In this document: positions 52,587 to 62,406 of the stretch, piece after piece | How positions within the stretch are numbered: the stretch's first letter is position 1 | How the letters are laid out: the number at the start of each line of letters is the position of its first letter | From: an uncultured Gammaproteobacteria bacterium | GTDB lineage: Bacteria; Patescibacteriota; Microgenomatia; Woykebacterales; RBG-16-39-9b | DNA: 64,000 nucleotides | Assembly (NCBI GenBank): GCA_965231125.1 | Contig: OZ246414.1 | Location: forward strand, 145,739 to 209,738 | Reading direction: 5' to 3' | Notes under the pieces: generated by a model | Database searches by the model: none | What the model saw: the letters and a program-made list of their open reading frames with translations, nothing else | What the model was told of the DNA's origin: nothing | Position numbers and translations under genes: made by a program

Positions 52587-54665
52587 ATGCGTTATAGGAG
52601 AAGAAAAGTTACGGGTGGAGGCTTTCGCCTTCGTCTCAAGCAAAAAACTGTTCGAACTATTGCCGGCCTGCTCTTGATTTTAGCGGCAGGACTTTCGTTT
52701 CTCTCCTTTTTTGGCCAAGTTGGGGCTGCCGAAAGGCTGAAGGGTCTTCTTTTCGATACTTTTGGTTGGTCTGCCTACTTTGTACCAGTTGGTTTATTAC
52801 TGACCGGGTTTTTCCTAATTAAACTGCGCGCAAAACTTATTGCCGCTAACACCATCTTTGGTTTTTGGGCTTTTGCTACCAGCATTCTTCCTTTTTCCGC
52901 TTCCTTCAATCGAGACTCAGCAGGGTTAGTGGGTAGAAAAGTCTGGGATTTTGCTTCTGCCATTCTTTCGGGGCCAGGAGCCTTTTTCGTTCTTTTTATT
53001 TTGTCTATAGTCGCCGTGGTAGTGTTATTTAACACGTCTTTAGAAGGCTTAATTGAATTCATTGGCAAGGTTGGGGAAGTTGTCGGAGAATGGTCGAAGA
53101 AGTTTTTTGAGAGAACCGAAAAGGAGGCGCAGGGGCAAAGGCAAGTAGAATTTGCGACTCGGGGCGGTGAAGAACTCGAAAAGGCAGAACAGTCGCTTTC
53201 AACAGCAGTTGTTTCCAATTTACCCGGCAGTGACCAAGTTTGGGAGTACCCGTCACTTGATATTCTGACCGAAACTATCGGTGCCAAGGCAGAACGCGGA
53301 GATATCAAACAAAATGCGGCTCTTATTGAGAAGACTTTAGAAAGCTTTGGAATTAACGCCAAGGTGTCCGAAGTAAATATGGGTCCAGCAGTTACGCAGT
53401 ACGCTTTAGAAATTGCCGTTGGAACCCGTCTTACTAAAATTACCTCACTTGCTAATGACATTGCGCTGGCGCTAGCGGCTCCGACCGGAACCGTTAGAAT
53501 TGAGGCACCAATTCCTGGCAAATCTCTGGTCGGTATTGAAGTGCCGAATATTAAGCCGGAGATTGTACCACTACGGACTGTGCTCACATCTCCAGTTATG
53601 CAGAAAGCAAAATCAAAAATTAGTCTTGCTTTAGGGCTAAATGTATCAGGCGAACCAGTAGTGGATAATGTTGGTAGGATGCCGCACATGCTTATGGCGG
53701 GTGCGACAGGGTCGGGTAAATCGGTCGCAATCAACGCTTTTATCAGCACGTTGCTTTTTCGAACAACTCCGGCCGAAGTCAAGCTTATTCTGGTCGACCC
53801 AAAAATAGTTGAGCTTTCCCAATGGAATGGAATCCCCCACCTTCTTACCCCAGTTATAACCGAGCCGGAAAAAGTTGTTTCGGCTCTGCGTTGGGCCGGT
53901 GGTGAAATGGAAAGACGCTACAAACTTTTTGCTGAAGTCAATGCCCGGAATATAGATCAATATAACGATCTTTCCGGATTTCAAGCCCTACCTTACATTG
54001 TAATTATTATCGACGAACTGGCCGACATTATGCTTTTTGCCCCAGTCGAAGTTGAGGACGCTATTACTCGGCTTGCCCAAATGTCTCGGGCGACTGGTAT
54101 TCACATGATTTTGGCAACGCAACGGCCAAGTGTGGATGTCATAACCGGTTTGATAAAAGCGAACATTCCTTGTCGGCTCTCTTTTAATGTCGCTGGTCAA
54201 GTGGATTCTCGAGTTATTATCGATCAAGTTGGTGCCGAAAAACTTTTGGGTAGAGGAGATATGCTTTATGTCCCTCCGGACGCCTCAAAACCGCAGAGAA
54301 TTCAGGGTGTTTATGTTTCTGAACCAGAAATTAATAAGCTAATCGATTTCCTGAAAAGATCAGGGGTTGAGCCGCAATACACCGAAGAAGTTACCAGCAT
54401 GCCGATTCCAAAAGTTGCCGGTAGATCCGGAGATGGGGAGACCGACGATCTTTTTGAAGAAGCAGTCAAGGTTGTTTGCCAGTACGATCGTGCCAGTGCC
54501 TCCCTTTTGCAAAGAAGGTTGCGTGTCGGCTACGCCCGGGCCGCCCGGCTTTTGGACGAACTTGAGGCAGCCGGAGTAGTCGGAATTGCCGATGGTTCTA
54601 AAGCCCGCGATGTGTTAGTTAAAGATCCTGCCCGAGTGTTATCACCCCAACAGGGTGACCAGTAG
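52587..54665 (+). CDS. ftsK: DNA translocase FtsK/SpoIIIE
   Basis: N-terminal TM helices. Motor domain with Walker A GATGSGKS. C-terminal winged-helix gamma domain. ATG at 52587 with GGAAGGAG SD. Confidence 0.9.
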   Translation: MRYRRRKVTGGGFRLRLKQKTVRTIAGLLLILAAGLSFLSFFGQVGAAERLKGLLFDTFGWSAYFVPVGLLLTGFFLIKLRAKLIAANTIFGFWAFATSILPFSASFNRDSAGLVGRKVWDFASAILSGPGAFFVLFILSIVAVVVLFNTSLEGLIEFIGKVGEVVGEWSKKFFERTEKEAQGQRQVEFATRGGEELEKAEQSLSTAVVSNLPGSDQVWEYPSLDILTETIGAKAERGDIKQNAALIEKTLESFGINAKVSEVNMGPAVTQYALEIAVGTRLTKITSLANDIALALAAPTGTVRIEAPIPGKSLVGIEVPNIKPEIVPLRTVLTSPVMQKAKSKISLALGLNVSGEPVVDNVGRMPHMLMAGATGSGKSVAINAFISTLLFRTTPAEVKLILVDPKIVELSQWNGIPHLLTPVITEPEKVVSALRWAGGEMERRYKLFAEVNARNIDQYNDLSGFQALPYIVIIIDELADIMLFAPVEVEDAITRLAQMSRATGIHMILATQRPSVDVITGLIKANIPCRLSFNVAGQVDSRVIIDQVGAEKLLGRGDMLYVPPDASKPQRIQGVYVSEPEINKLIDFLKRSGVEPQYTEEVTSMPIPKVAGRSGDGETDDLFEEAVKVVCQYDRASASLLQRRLRVGYARAARLLDELEAAGVVGIADGSKARDVLVKDPARVLSPQQGDQ

Positions 54666-54719
54666 TAAAAAGTGTTCACAGACAAGAGCTGGTTGCAGCG
54701 TTAAAATCTTCACCCGAAA

Positions 54720-55622
54720 ATGAAAACAGTTGGGCAGATCTTGAAAGACGCAAGAGAAAAAAAGGACGTAAGCCTTGAGGAAGCCGAGGCGGCTACTAAA
54801 ATCCGCAAAAAAATCCTTTCTCGGCTTGAGGAAAGTGACTGGTCCAACCTTCCTTCAACTACTTATGTAAAAGGTCTTCTAAAAAACTACGGCTCTTTCT
54901 TAGAGCTTGATATAAAGGCGCTGCTTGCTTTTTACCGCCGCGAGTATGAAGAACCAAAAATTTCAAAGACGCACCTGTCATATAAAATAGAAAAACCGGC
55001 TCTTAGGCTTACCCCTCAGTTCATTACCGTAGCCGTTCTATTACTGGGGTTTTTAGCAGCCGGCTTTTACCTTTTTTACCAATATCATTCCTTTACCGCC
55101 GCTCCTTTACTGGAAGTGAACCAACCGGCGGATAACACAAAGGTAGAGACTTTGGATGTGAATGTTGTGGGCAAGACGTATCCAGACGCAACGCTTAAAA
55201 TTAACGGTCAGCAAGTCCAGCTTTCTCCTGGTGGGACGTTTTCAGTAGCAGTCAGCTTAGCCCCCGGAATTAACACAATTGACATCACGGCGGAGAATCG
55301 CTTTGGGAAAATCTCAACCGCGCAGCGTACGGTGGTTGCCGAGACTAAAAGCGCGGCAGTGGTAACTCAACCCGGCAAAGAAAATGTTAATTTGACTGTC
55401 AGAATCGGGCCTGGGTCGGCAAATATTCGCGTTGAGCTAGATGGTAAGGAAACATTTGAAGGGGTTTTAGTTCCAGGGAGTACTAAAATATTTTCCGCAA
55501 GGGGCCGTGTAAAGATTCTCACCTCCAACGCCGGTTCTACAAAAGTTAGTGTGAACAATGGCCAGGAACAGGTTCTGGGAAAAGAAGGCGAAACTATAGA
55601 GCGTGAGTTTAAAAAGCCCTAG
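54720..55622 (+). CDS. RodZ-like HTH + transmembrane cytoskeletal protein
   Basis: N-terminal XRE-type HTH (VGQILKDAREKKDVSLEEAEAATKIRKKIL...LPSTTYVKGLLKNY), one TM, C-terminal beta-rich domain. Confidence 0.5.
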   Translation: MKTVGQILKDAREKKDVSLEEAEAATKIRKKILSRLEESDWSNLPSTTYVKGLLKNYGSFLELDIKALLAFYRREYEEPKISKTHLSYKIEKPALRLTPQFITVAVLLLGFLAAGFYLFYQYHSFTAAPLLEVNQPADNTKVETLDVNVVGKTYPDATLKINGQQVQLSPGGTFSVAVSLAPGINTIDITAENRFGKISTAQRTVVAETKSAAVVTQPGKENVNLTVRIGPGSANIRVELDGKETFEGVLVPGSTKIFSARGRVKILTSNAGSTKVSVNNGQEQVLGKEGETIEREFKKP

Positions 55623-55715
55623 AAACATGCTTGTAACGCAAGTCAAGTTATGGTATTCTTGCTCTACTTTTAGACAAGTACTGCCCTTCAGGTTTAAGCC
55701 TCGGGGCCGCGCGAT

Positions 55716-56000
55716 ATGGACACGGCAACTTTATTCACAATCATCATCATAATCATTGCTGTTATCTTGGTTGCTGTCGGTATTTACCTCCTTTTAGTTC
55801 TTCATGAAGCAAGAAATAGTTTGAAAAAGACTAACCGCATTTTGGATCATTTAGAGTCTGTAGCAAACGTCATCGACACAAAAATAGCCCGTCCGGCTGG
55901 CTCCATCTCCGGTATTTTAGTAGCGCTAAAGGAAGGCTTAGAGCTGGTCTCCAGTTTCCGGAAAAATAACTCTCAAGAGGGCCAAAATGAACGATATTAG
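55716..56000 (+). CDS. small N-terminally anchored coiled-coil protein (DUF948-like)
   Basis: Ile-rich TM followed by a helical region. Confidence 0.4.
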   Translation: MDTATLFTIIIIIIAVILVAVGIYLLLVLHEARNSLKKTNRILDHLESVANVIDTKIARPAGSISGILVALKEGLELVSSFRKNNSQEGQNERY

Positions 56001-56265
56001 GGAGGATCATCATGAAGAAGGTTTTTACAAAGGATTAGTTTTTGGGTTGTTGCTCGGTGTGGGTTTAGTTTGGTTTTTAGGTACTAAAGAAGGCAAAAAG
56101 TTTAAGGAAGAACTAAGTGGTAAAGGCGAGGAGTTTATTGATAAAGCAAAGAAATCGATTGACCGGGCTTTGTCGGAAGAGTTTGTTCAGGACGATCCTT
56201 CAGCCCCAAAACTTTCGGAACCGGCCCAGCCTCTAAGTAATTATTTTGAAGACAGAAACCCCTAA
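55987..56265 (+). CDS. YtxH-like small membrane protein
   Basis: Gly-zipper TM (GLVFGLLLGVGLVWFLGTKEGKKFKEEL) typical of the YtxH family. Paired with the DUF948-like ORF. Confidence 0.45.
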   Translation: MNDIREDHHEEGFYKGLVFGLLLGVGLVWFLGTKEGKKFKEELSGKGEEFIDKAKKSIDRALSEEFVQDDPSAPKLSEPAQPLSNYFEDRNP

Positions 56266-56567
56266 AAACTTGGCGAAGGATCGCTAAAGAGAAGTTTTTT
56301 CAAATTTGGTATGTAGTCGGGGAAATAACGTGATATAGCGGTGACATCAAACTCCTCGAGTATAGATTCCTTTGGCTCGCGAGAGAGTAAAAATTCAAAT
56401 GATTTTTGAACCACTTTTTCCGGCTCAAAAGAAGCCCCAATTCTTGTTAAAAAATCCCGGTCCATAGTTACTTTGTGGGCTGTTTGCGAACCATTCTCTT
56501 CGATTACCTCAACCTCAAAATGCCAGGCAAGATTGTTTTCCCGGGTTTTTACTTTTATCTGGGCCAT
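56262..56567 (-). CDS. hypothetical protein
   Basis: 101-aa soluble ORF with no recognisable motif. Confidence 0.4.
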   Translation of the reverse strand: MAQIKVKTRENNLAWHFEVEVIEENGSQTAHKVTMDRDFLTRIGASFEPEKVVQKSFEFLLSREPKESILEEFDVTAISRYFPDYIPNLKKLLFSDPSPSF

Positions 56568-56599
56568 TAAGAATATTCTAAACTAAGATGGGATTGAAT

Positions 56600-57385
56600 T
56601 CAAGTACTCTTGATTTTTAAGAAAGTAAAGGTAAATAAATCGGCCGATAAAAGCGATAACAAAAAGAGGTCAATGGCGATATTAGGGAAGGTTAATGAAT
56701 AAAAAATTAAGAAGGTAGCCACCACAACTCCAAAGATGTATCTAAAATAACTGTAAATCGGAGAGGTTTGGGGTTCGGGCAGCATCACAAAAGCAAAAAG
56801 GGCTGCAACCGAGTCAGCAATTAAACTTAAAGTAAAGAGGCCCCGAAAATAAAGGAAAAGCCAGTACGCTATTAAAAAACCGACCGGTAACCAAAGCCTG
56901 TGAAGCCTAAAGAGCACAAAGGAAGCCGCGATAAAAAGAAAAAGGGAGATATAGCTGCTCCAGGAAACCCCCCACCAGGTGATGGCCCCTTTAAAAAGAA
57001 GTGAGGAGAATACCAGACCAAAGGAAGCTGGATTAAATATATGTTTTCTGCCGGATAGTATTAGATATTTTGAGGCGGTCGCGGTGGCGGCCACCAAAAC
57101 AAATTGCCAAATTGCAAAATTTGGATTCAGTATTAACCCAATCAATAAACCAGTTACCACAGCTGATCTGGGCCAGACCCATTTTTTCAATTTTATTTTT
57201 AGAGCTAATCCATCCAAGACTAAAGCAGTTACTAAGGCCGCGGCAATGTTGTCCGCCTGTTCCCGAAAACCACCAATCAGAGTAGTGTAGATGGCGATGA
57301 TAAGGAGAATAACCCCAATTTGGACTCGCGCGTCATAAAGGATAAGATCAACAGCAGCTTTTGCGAAAGAATTTGATTTATCCAC
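56600..57385 (-). CDS. hypothetical polytopic membrane protein
   Basis: 261 aa with at least 7 hydrophobic helices. Contains an NPA tripeptide (RKHIFNPASFG), significance unknown. Confidence 0.45.
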   Translation of the reverse strand: MDKSNSFAKAAVDLILYDARVQIGVILLIIAIYTTLIGGFREQADNIAAALVTALVLDGLALKIKLKKWVWPRSAVVTGLLIGLILNPNFAIWQFVLVAATATASKYLILSGRKHIFNPASFGLVFSSLLFKGAITWWGVSWSSYISLFLFIAASFVLFRLHRLWLPVGFLIAYWLFLYFRGLFTLSLIADSVAALFAFVMLPEPQTSPIYSYFRYIFGVVVATFLIFYSLTFPNIAIDLFLLSLLSADLFTFTFLKIKST

Positions 57386-57430
57386 GAGGTATATTTTAGT
57401 TTATGGTAGACTTTTATACAAACAGTTGAG

Positions 57431-57739
57431 ATGATTAAACAAGAGCTTGTTTTTAAGATAGTCTCTTCGATACCAAAAGGTAAAGTAGCTACTTACGGAC
57501 AAGTGGCAAAAATTGCCGGTATCAAAAACCCAAGAAGCGTCGGAAGTCACCTCCATAAAAATAAAGACCCGGAAAATATACCATGCCACCGAGTGGTCGA
57601 CAGAGATGGTAGAGTGGCCGACAATTACGCTTTCGGCGGGTCTAGCGGACAAATTAAAAAGTTAGAAAAAGAAGGCGTTGGGTTTATTGGAAATGCTGTT
57701 GATTTAAGTAAATATATTTGGAAAGTAAATGAAGTTTAG
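57431..57739 (+). CDS. methylated-DNA--protein-cysteine methyltransferase DNA-binding/active-site domain protein (Ogt-like, short)
   Basis: P-C-H-R-V-V active-site motif and upstream TYGQVAKIAG helix. Confidence 0.65.
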   Translation: MIKQELVFKIVSSIPKGKVATYGQVAKIAGIKNPRSVGSHLHKNKDPENIPCHRVVDRDGRVADNYAFGGSSGQIKKLEKEGVGFIGNAVDLSKYIWKVNEV

Positions 57740-57740
57740 G

Positions 57741-58727
57741 TTATTTAGGAGCAATAAACCTTTTGTTTAGTTCAAAGCTTAGGTAGCCCGTCCCCATAAT
57801 TATTAATCCAGCGATAATCAAAGAGATAGGCCAGCCGATACTTTCGCTGAAGTATTCAGCAGTTAACTTGAAAATCTCAGCAAAAGTAAACAAAGTAGCC
57901 AAAACTAAGAAAACTTTGTTTTGCAGCTTTATGCTACCGTAAAAGACTAATACTAACAGTGCTGGAAAAGTCAGTTGCCAAAAAACGTTAACTTCAGGTT
58001 TGAATCCTTGTAGAGTTAGTGCAGATCCTAGAAATGCCCCTAGTCCGAAAAGATACGTAATGTCTTTCATAAAACTCATAGTTTCTTTGGAGGAAAAGTA
58101 ATAGCCAAAAGAAATGTAAGATAAACCTAAAATCAGAAATCTATATTGAGTAAAATGGTCAGTCTCCCCACCAGGACCAAATATATAATCGGTAAAGCTA
58201 AAAAACAAAGCAGAGGCGGCAATAATCGAAAAAGGCAAAAAAATCTTTGCCTTCAATGAGTGGAATGAAGAAAAATAGACAAGGAAAAGCAGTGCAAGAT
58301 TAATACTTACCGCCCCAGGATTGGTGGCTGAAATACCAATGGTGTCTAGGGCTGTTCCGACACCGATGGGAAACAAGGCAGCAGAAATTATCAAAAAAGC
58401 GTGACCGAAATCTTTACTAACCGTATTGTGATAGAAATAGTAACCGAGAGCATAAGCGGATACTGCGCTGCCCAAAGTTAGGATAGTTTTGGATATTTGG
58501 CTCATCTCACCCCAAAACTGGTAGACAAAAAACACGATACCAATGAGAACAATAAATCCACCGATATAATACATTATCTTCTGCAGATTTATCTTGCTGT
58601 CTGCAGTTGTGGTTTGGGGTGTTGCTCCATCAAATATTTTTAGTACTTGGTCTTTAGTTATGAGACCCTCTTTTGCTAAAGCGGTGAGATCTCCGAGGAC
58701 TTGATCAACTTTTGTTGGCTCATTCAT
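57741..58727 (-). CDS. hypothetical polytopic membrane protein with N-terminal soluble domain
   Basis: 328-aa ORF overlapping the next gene's start. Multiple TM helices. Confidence 0.5.
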   Translation of the reverse strand: MNEPTKVDQVLGDLTALAKEGLITKDQVLKIFDGATPQTTTADSKINLQKIMYYIGGFIVLIGIVFFVYQFWGEMSQISKTILTLGSAVSAYALGYYFYHNTVSKDFGHAFLIISAALFPIGVGTALDTIGISATNPGAVSINLALLFLVYFSSFHSLKAKIFLPFSIIAASALFFSFTDYIFGPGGETDHFTQYRFLILGLSYISFGYYFSSKETMSFMKDITYLFGLGAFLGSALTLQGFKPEVNVFWQLTFPALLVLVFYGSIKLQNKVFLVLATLFTFAEIFKLTAEYFSESIGWPISLIIAGLIIMGTGYLSFELNKRFIAPK

Positions 58728-59208
58728 TTGTTACCCACCCGATCAATTTAAATTGGTAAGTATCACCTAAGATTTGGATTTTTTTGTTTAGTCCATGACC
58801 TTTCAAATAGTATCCACCATCGTAGCTATCATACCAGAAGGGGAAGAATCCGCCCCCTCCATAGCTTGTTTCAACCGTAAAGCCATCTGGTGATTTGTTC
58901 GACGGATCCACATTATAGGCTTGGGTTTGCCCCGTGGTTATTTGGGTACTTTTATCGTTAGATACATCGTATAAATAAAATGTTGGCGTTGAAGTATTAG
59001 AGTAGCTTTGATTGTCAGAGTATGTAGGTGAGACTGTAATTTTACCATTGACCGTGCTTATGTTGTAATTGTAATAATATCCAGTAGCGTAGATAAAATT
59101 GTACTTGGGTTTTACAAATAATGATGGGATGTACGTGGAGAGGACAATGTATGCTACAAGCAATAATGGAAGCCCGATACCAACAAATAATGGCAGCTTA
59201 TCTTTCAT
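58720..59208 (-). CDS. hypothetical N-terminally anchored protein, Tyr/Gly-rich extracytoplasmic domain
   Basis: 162 aa. One TM followed by a beta-rich region. Confidence 0.45.
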   Translation of the reverse strand: MKDKLPLFVGIGLPLLLVAYIVLSTYIPSLFVKPKYNFIYATGYYYNYNISTVNGKITVSPTYSDNQSYSNTSTPTFYLYDVSNDKSTQITTGQTQAYNVDPSNKSPDGFTVETSYGGGGFFPFWYDSYDGGYYLKGHGLNKKIQILGDTYQFKLIGWVTNE

Positions 59209-59265
59209 GGCTTATTAATCTAAGTTTAGTGTTAACGACTAGCACATGTCAACCTAATAGCAATT

Positions 59266-59300
59266 GCTAAAAAGAAAGGGGCAAGAAGGTTCTTGCCCCG
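59266..59300 (-). terminator. intrinsic terminator (GGGGCAAGAA-GGT-TTCTTGCCCC, T-run on the minus strand)
   Basis: 10-bp perfect stem. Minus-strand reading gives TTTCTTTTT downstream of the M23 gene stop. Confidence 0.6.
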
Positions 59301-59313
59301 TTTGAGTTTTGTC

Positions 59314-60414
59314 CTACGGATACCACTTGCCACTGGTTAGCCGCGCGTAGTATCTTCCGTTAATCCAAAACCCGTCAGAATATAACGATTTGGTTGGACA
59401 AGACCAGGCAAGTGTTGCTCTGGGCTCCCGTCCGTCTTTGATGTACTGGCGAACAAGGTTCGCCTCGTCTAGACTATTGCAGAGGATTTGAAACTCAAAG
59501 TGAAGGTGGGCTCCGCAAGCAAGACCAGAGTTTCCCGACACTGCAATCTCCTCACCTCTCTTCACTTTTTGTCCGGGCGAGACTAGCGCGCTGCCTTTCT
59601 TCAAGTGAACGAAGGTTACTTGGGTGGTAGAGTCGGTCTTGATAACGATAACATTTGCTCTCGCCCGCAGAGCAAAATTGTTAAAGTCGCACTTTCCTGG
59701 GCCAAAACTATCCTCTACCCAAAGTACAGTGCCGTCGGTCGGTGCACACACGTTGAAAGATCCTTCAAAATCGTACGCGTTTGCAGTGTAAGGTGGTCCG
59801 TGATTACCTTCACCGGGAACTTGACTAACGCGGTGGGATCCAGAACACCAAGGAAGATTGTAGCTAGCCGGGACATTGCTCTCTGCGATAACCTGATCTT
59901 GAAACGGCAAACTGCCAGCTGGCTTGGATAGTTTGTTCGCTCGAACTGTAACGTAGAGATCGTTGAAGTCAAGGTTCGCTGGATTGTCGCTGTCCTCCCA
60001 ATCTATACTCCATTTCGCGTCGCTTGTGTGTTTTACATAAGCATGGAGCGGATCGGTTGAGAGGTATTCACCGTGACAAAGAAAAGTTCCGGGTTTGATG
60101 GCAAGAACTATTTTGGTTCCAGCTTCATACGGACCAATTGTTACTGATTGGGTTTGCTTTGCAGCGTAATCGTCAATAAGTAGTGGGCTTTCGATTGCGC
60201 CGGAAGGGTCGCGTCGTTGCGGGTGGTAAAGAGTTAGTGAACCCTCGGTACAAGAGAGTTCTCCGAGGCGCGAGGTAATGGTTAGCGTTCCGTAATATGG
60301 CATCGAAATGTCGCCGCTTCTCAGTGAAGGCGGAGATATTAGGCTTGCCTCAACCTCTTTTGGCAAAAGGAATAGGAAGGCAGTTGCCAGCAGGGCGTAA
60401 AGCGCGTAACGCAC
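59314..60414 (-). CDS. secreted M23 family peptidase
   Basis: Signal peptide. C-terminal motifs VHLKKGSALVSPGQKVKRGEEIAVSGNSG...GAHLHFE. Confidence 0.75.
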   Translation of the reverse strand: MRYALYALLATAFLFLLPKEVEASLISPPSLRSGDISMPYYGTLTITSRLGELSCTEGSLTLYHPQRRDPSGAIESPLLIDDYAAKQTQSVTIGPYEAGTKIVLAIKPGTFLCHGEYLSTDPLHAYVKHTSDAKWSIDWEDSDNPANLDFNDLYVTVRANKLSKPAGSLPFQDQVIAESNVPASYNLPWCSGSHRVSQVPGEGNHGPPYTANAYDFEGSFNVCAPTDGTVLWVEDSFGPGKCDFNNFALRARANVIVIKTDSTTQVTFVHLKKGSALVSPGQKVKRGEEIAVSGNSGLACGAHLHFEFQILCNSLDEANLVRQYIKDGREPRATLAWSCPTKSLYSDGFWINGRYYARLTSGKWYP

Positions 60415-60542
60415 GGGTCTCTTCTCCTTAGAAAGATCTCTCGCGGTTTGGACAGATTGTTCAGGTGCCTTCCCGTTTTAACAATAAAATGTTGGGCAGT
60501 CAAGACTAACAAACTATATTTTTCTGATATAATCTTAACCGT

Positions 60543-62354
60543 ATGACGGCGAGCGAGCTACGAAAAAAATATTTAGAGTTTTTTGAAAAAAGAGGGCATG
60601 TCCGTATCCCTTCGGCTTCCCTTGTTCCATCCGATAAAGTGGAGCTGGCGGGGACGCAAAGAGTGCTTTTTACGACCGCCGGAATGCACCCCCTAATACC
60701 TTATCTATTAGGTGAGCCGCATCCTGGCGGTAGAAGGTTAGTTAATGTTCAAAAATCACTGCGCACCGATGACATTGATGAAGTGGGAGATTCCTGGCAC
60801 AACACTTTTTTTGAAATGTTGGGGAATTGGTCTCTTGGCGATCCAGCCCCGCAGGACGGTATTGGTCAAGGTGGGTACTGGAAAGAGGAAGCGATAAGCT
60901 GGTCCTACGAATTTTTAACAAAAGAACTCTCGATACCACATGAAAAACTTTGGGTCACTGTTTTCGAAGGCGATAAAGATTCTCCGGCTGATTTAGAGTC
61001 TGTAAAGATATGGAGAAGTCTTGGCATCCCCGAAGGAAAAATTGTACCTTTGCCTAAAAAAGACAATTGGTGGGGGCCGGTTGGTGAGACAGGTCCTTGT
61101 GGACCGGATACAGAAATGTTTGTGGATGCCACGGGTAAACCACACGGTGCGGGTTGTCGACCGGGGGATAGTTGTGGTCGTTTTTCAGAAGTTTGGAACG
61201 ATGTTTTTATGGAGTTTAATAGACAGGTTATCGGTGATAGGGTACAGGGTACAGTTGAATATAAATATGTTCCGTTAAAACAAAAGAATGTGGATACTGG
61301 TATGGGAGTAGAAAGAATGAGTGCAGTCCTGCAAGGAAAAGACAATATTTATGATACAGAACTCTTTTCCCCAGTAATTAAAAGACTCGAACAGTTATCA
61401 TCAAACTGGAACCTAAAATCGGCTAGAGTTGTGGCGGATCATTTGAGAGCAGCCGTTTTTCTCTTGGCTGAGGCTGTCACACCGTCTAACGTTGACCGTG
61501 GGTATGTGCTGCGGAGATTAATTCGTCGAGCAATTCGTCACGGCCGCTCCTTGGGCATTAATGAAAATTTAACCCGCGATGTTGCTAAAGAGTTCATCCA
61601 TATTTATGGGGAGGTTTACCCCGAAGTTAAATCAAATTCCGAGTCTATTCATGAGGAATTAAATAGTGAGGAGAAAAAATTCCAAAAAGTTTTGACAGAA
61701 GGGCTAAAAGAATTTGAAAAGCTAGGGGATAAAATTACCGGAAAAGACGCATTTTTTCTTTACGAGACATACGGTTTTCCACCAGAATTTACGTTTGAGC
61801 TTGCCGAGGATAAGAATTTAACGATCGATAAAACCGAGTTCAATGAGGAATTTAAGCGCCACCAAGAGCTGTCGCGATCAGGAGCAGCAAAAAAGTTTGC
61901 GGGAGGATTGGCGGATACTAGCGAAAAAGTAATTCGGGGGCACACGGCAACTCATTTACTCCATCAAGCCTTGCGGGATGTGCTTGGAGTCAGTGTCCAC
62001 CAGACTGGAAGCAATATAACCGCCGAGAGAATCCGTTTTGACTTTTCTTACGGTGAAAAACTAACGGAGGAACAAATTAAAAAGGTTGAAGATATAGTTA
62101 ATTCCAAAATTAATGAAGATCTTCCCGTCAAAAAAGAACTTATGAGCCAAGAAGAAGCAGATAAAAAAGGCGCCATCGGCCTTTTCAAAGAAAAATATGG
62201 AGACAAAGTCAATATTTACGAAATTGGGGACTATTCTACCGAATACTGCGGCGGGCCTCACGTCCAACATACCGACCAAGTGGGAAAATTCAAGGTTGTT
62301 AAGGAAGAATCAGTCGGTGCCGGAACAAGAAGAATCAAAGCAGTTTTGGAATAG
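60543..62354 (+). CDS. alaS: alanyl-tRNA synthetase (compact, lacking the C-terminal C-Ala domain)
   Basis: Class II catalytic core (FTTAGM, WSLGD). Editing-domain HTATHLLH...C motif. Confidence 0.9.
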   Translation: MTASELRKKYLEFFEKRGHVRIPSASLVPSDKVELAGTQRVLFTTAGMHPLIPYLLGEPHPGGRRLVNVQKSLRTDDIDEVGDSWHNTFFEMLGNWSLGDPAPQDGIGQGGYWKEEAISWSYEFLTKELSIPHEKLWVTVFEGDKDSPADLESVKIWRSLGIPEGKIVPLPKKDNWWGPVGETGPCGPDTEMFVDATGKPHGAGCRPGDSCGRFSEVWNDVFMEFNRQVIGDRVQGTVEYKYVPLKQKNVDTGMGVERMSAVLQGKDNIYDTELFSPVIKRLEQLSSNWNLKSARVVADHLRAAVFLLAEAVTPSNVDRGYVLRRLIRRAIRHGRSLGINENLTRDVAKEFIHIYGEVYPEVKSNSESIHEELNSEEKKFQKVLTEGLKEFEKLGDKITGKDAFFLYETYGFPPEFTFELAEDKNLTIDKTEFNEEFKRHQELSRSGAAKKFAGGLADTSEKVIRGHTATHLLHQALRDVLGVSVHQTGSNITAERIRFDFSYGEKLTEEQIKKVEDIVNSKINEDLPVKKELMSQEEADKKGAIGLFKEKYGDKVNIYEIGDYSTEYCGGPHVQHTDQVGKFKVVKEESVGAGTRRIKAVLE

Positions 62355-62406
62355 AGTTAGTAGCTCCGATATTCTTGTGCTATACTACTTTATATAATTT
62401 TCTGTC

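Noticed and set aside
52775-53782. 335-aa ORF antisense to ftsK
   Set aside because: Embedded in the ftsK coding region. Ser/Ala/Pro-rich translation typical of antisense reading. No start context.
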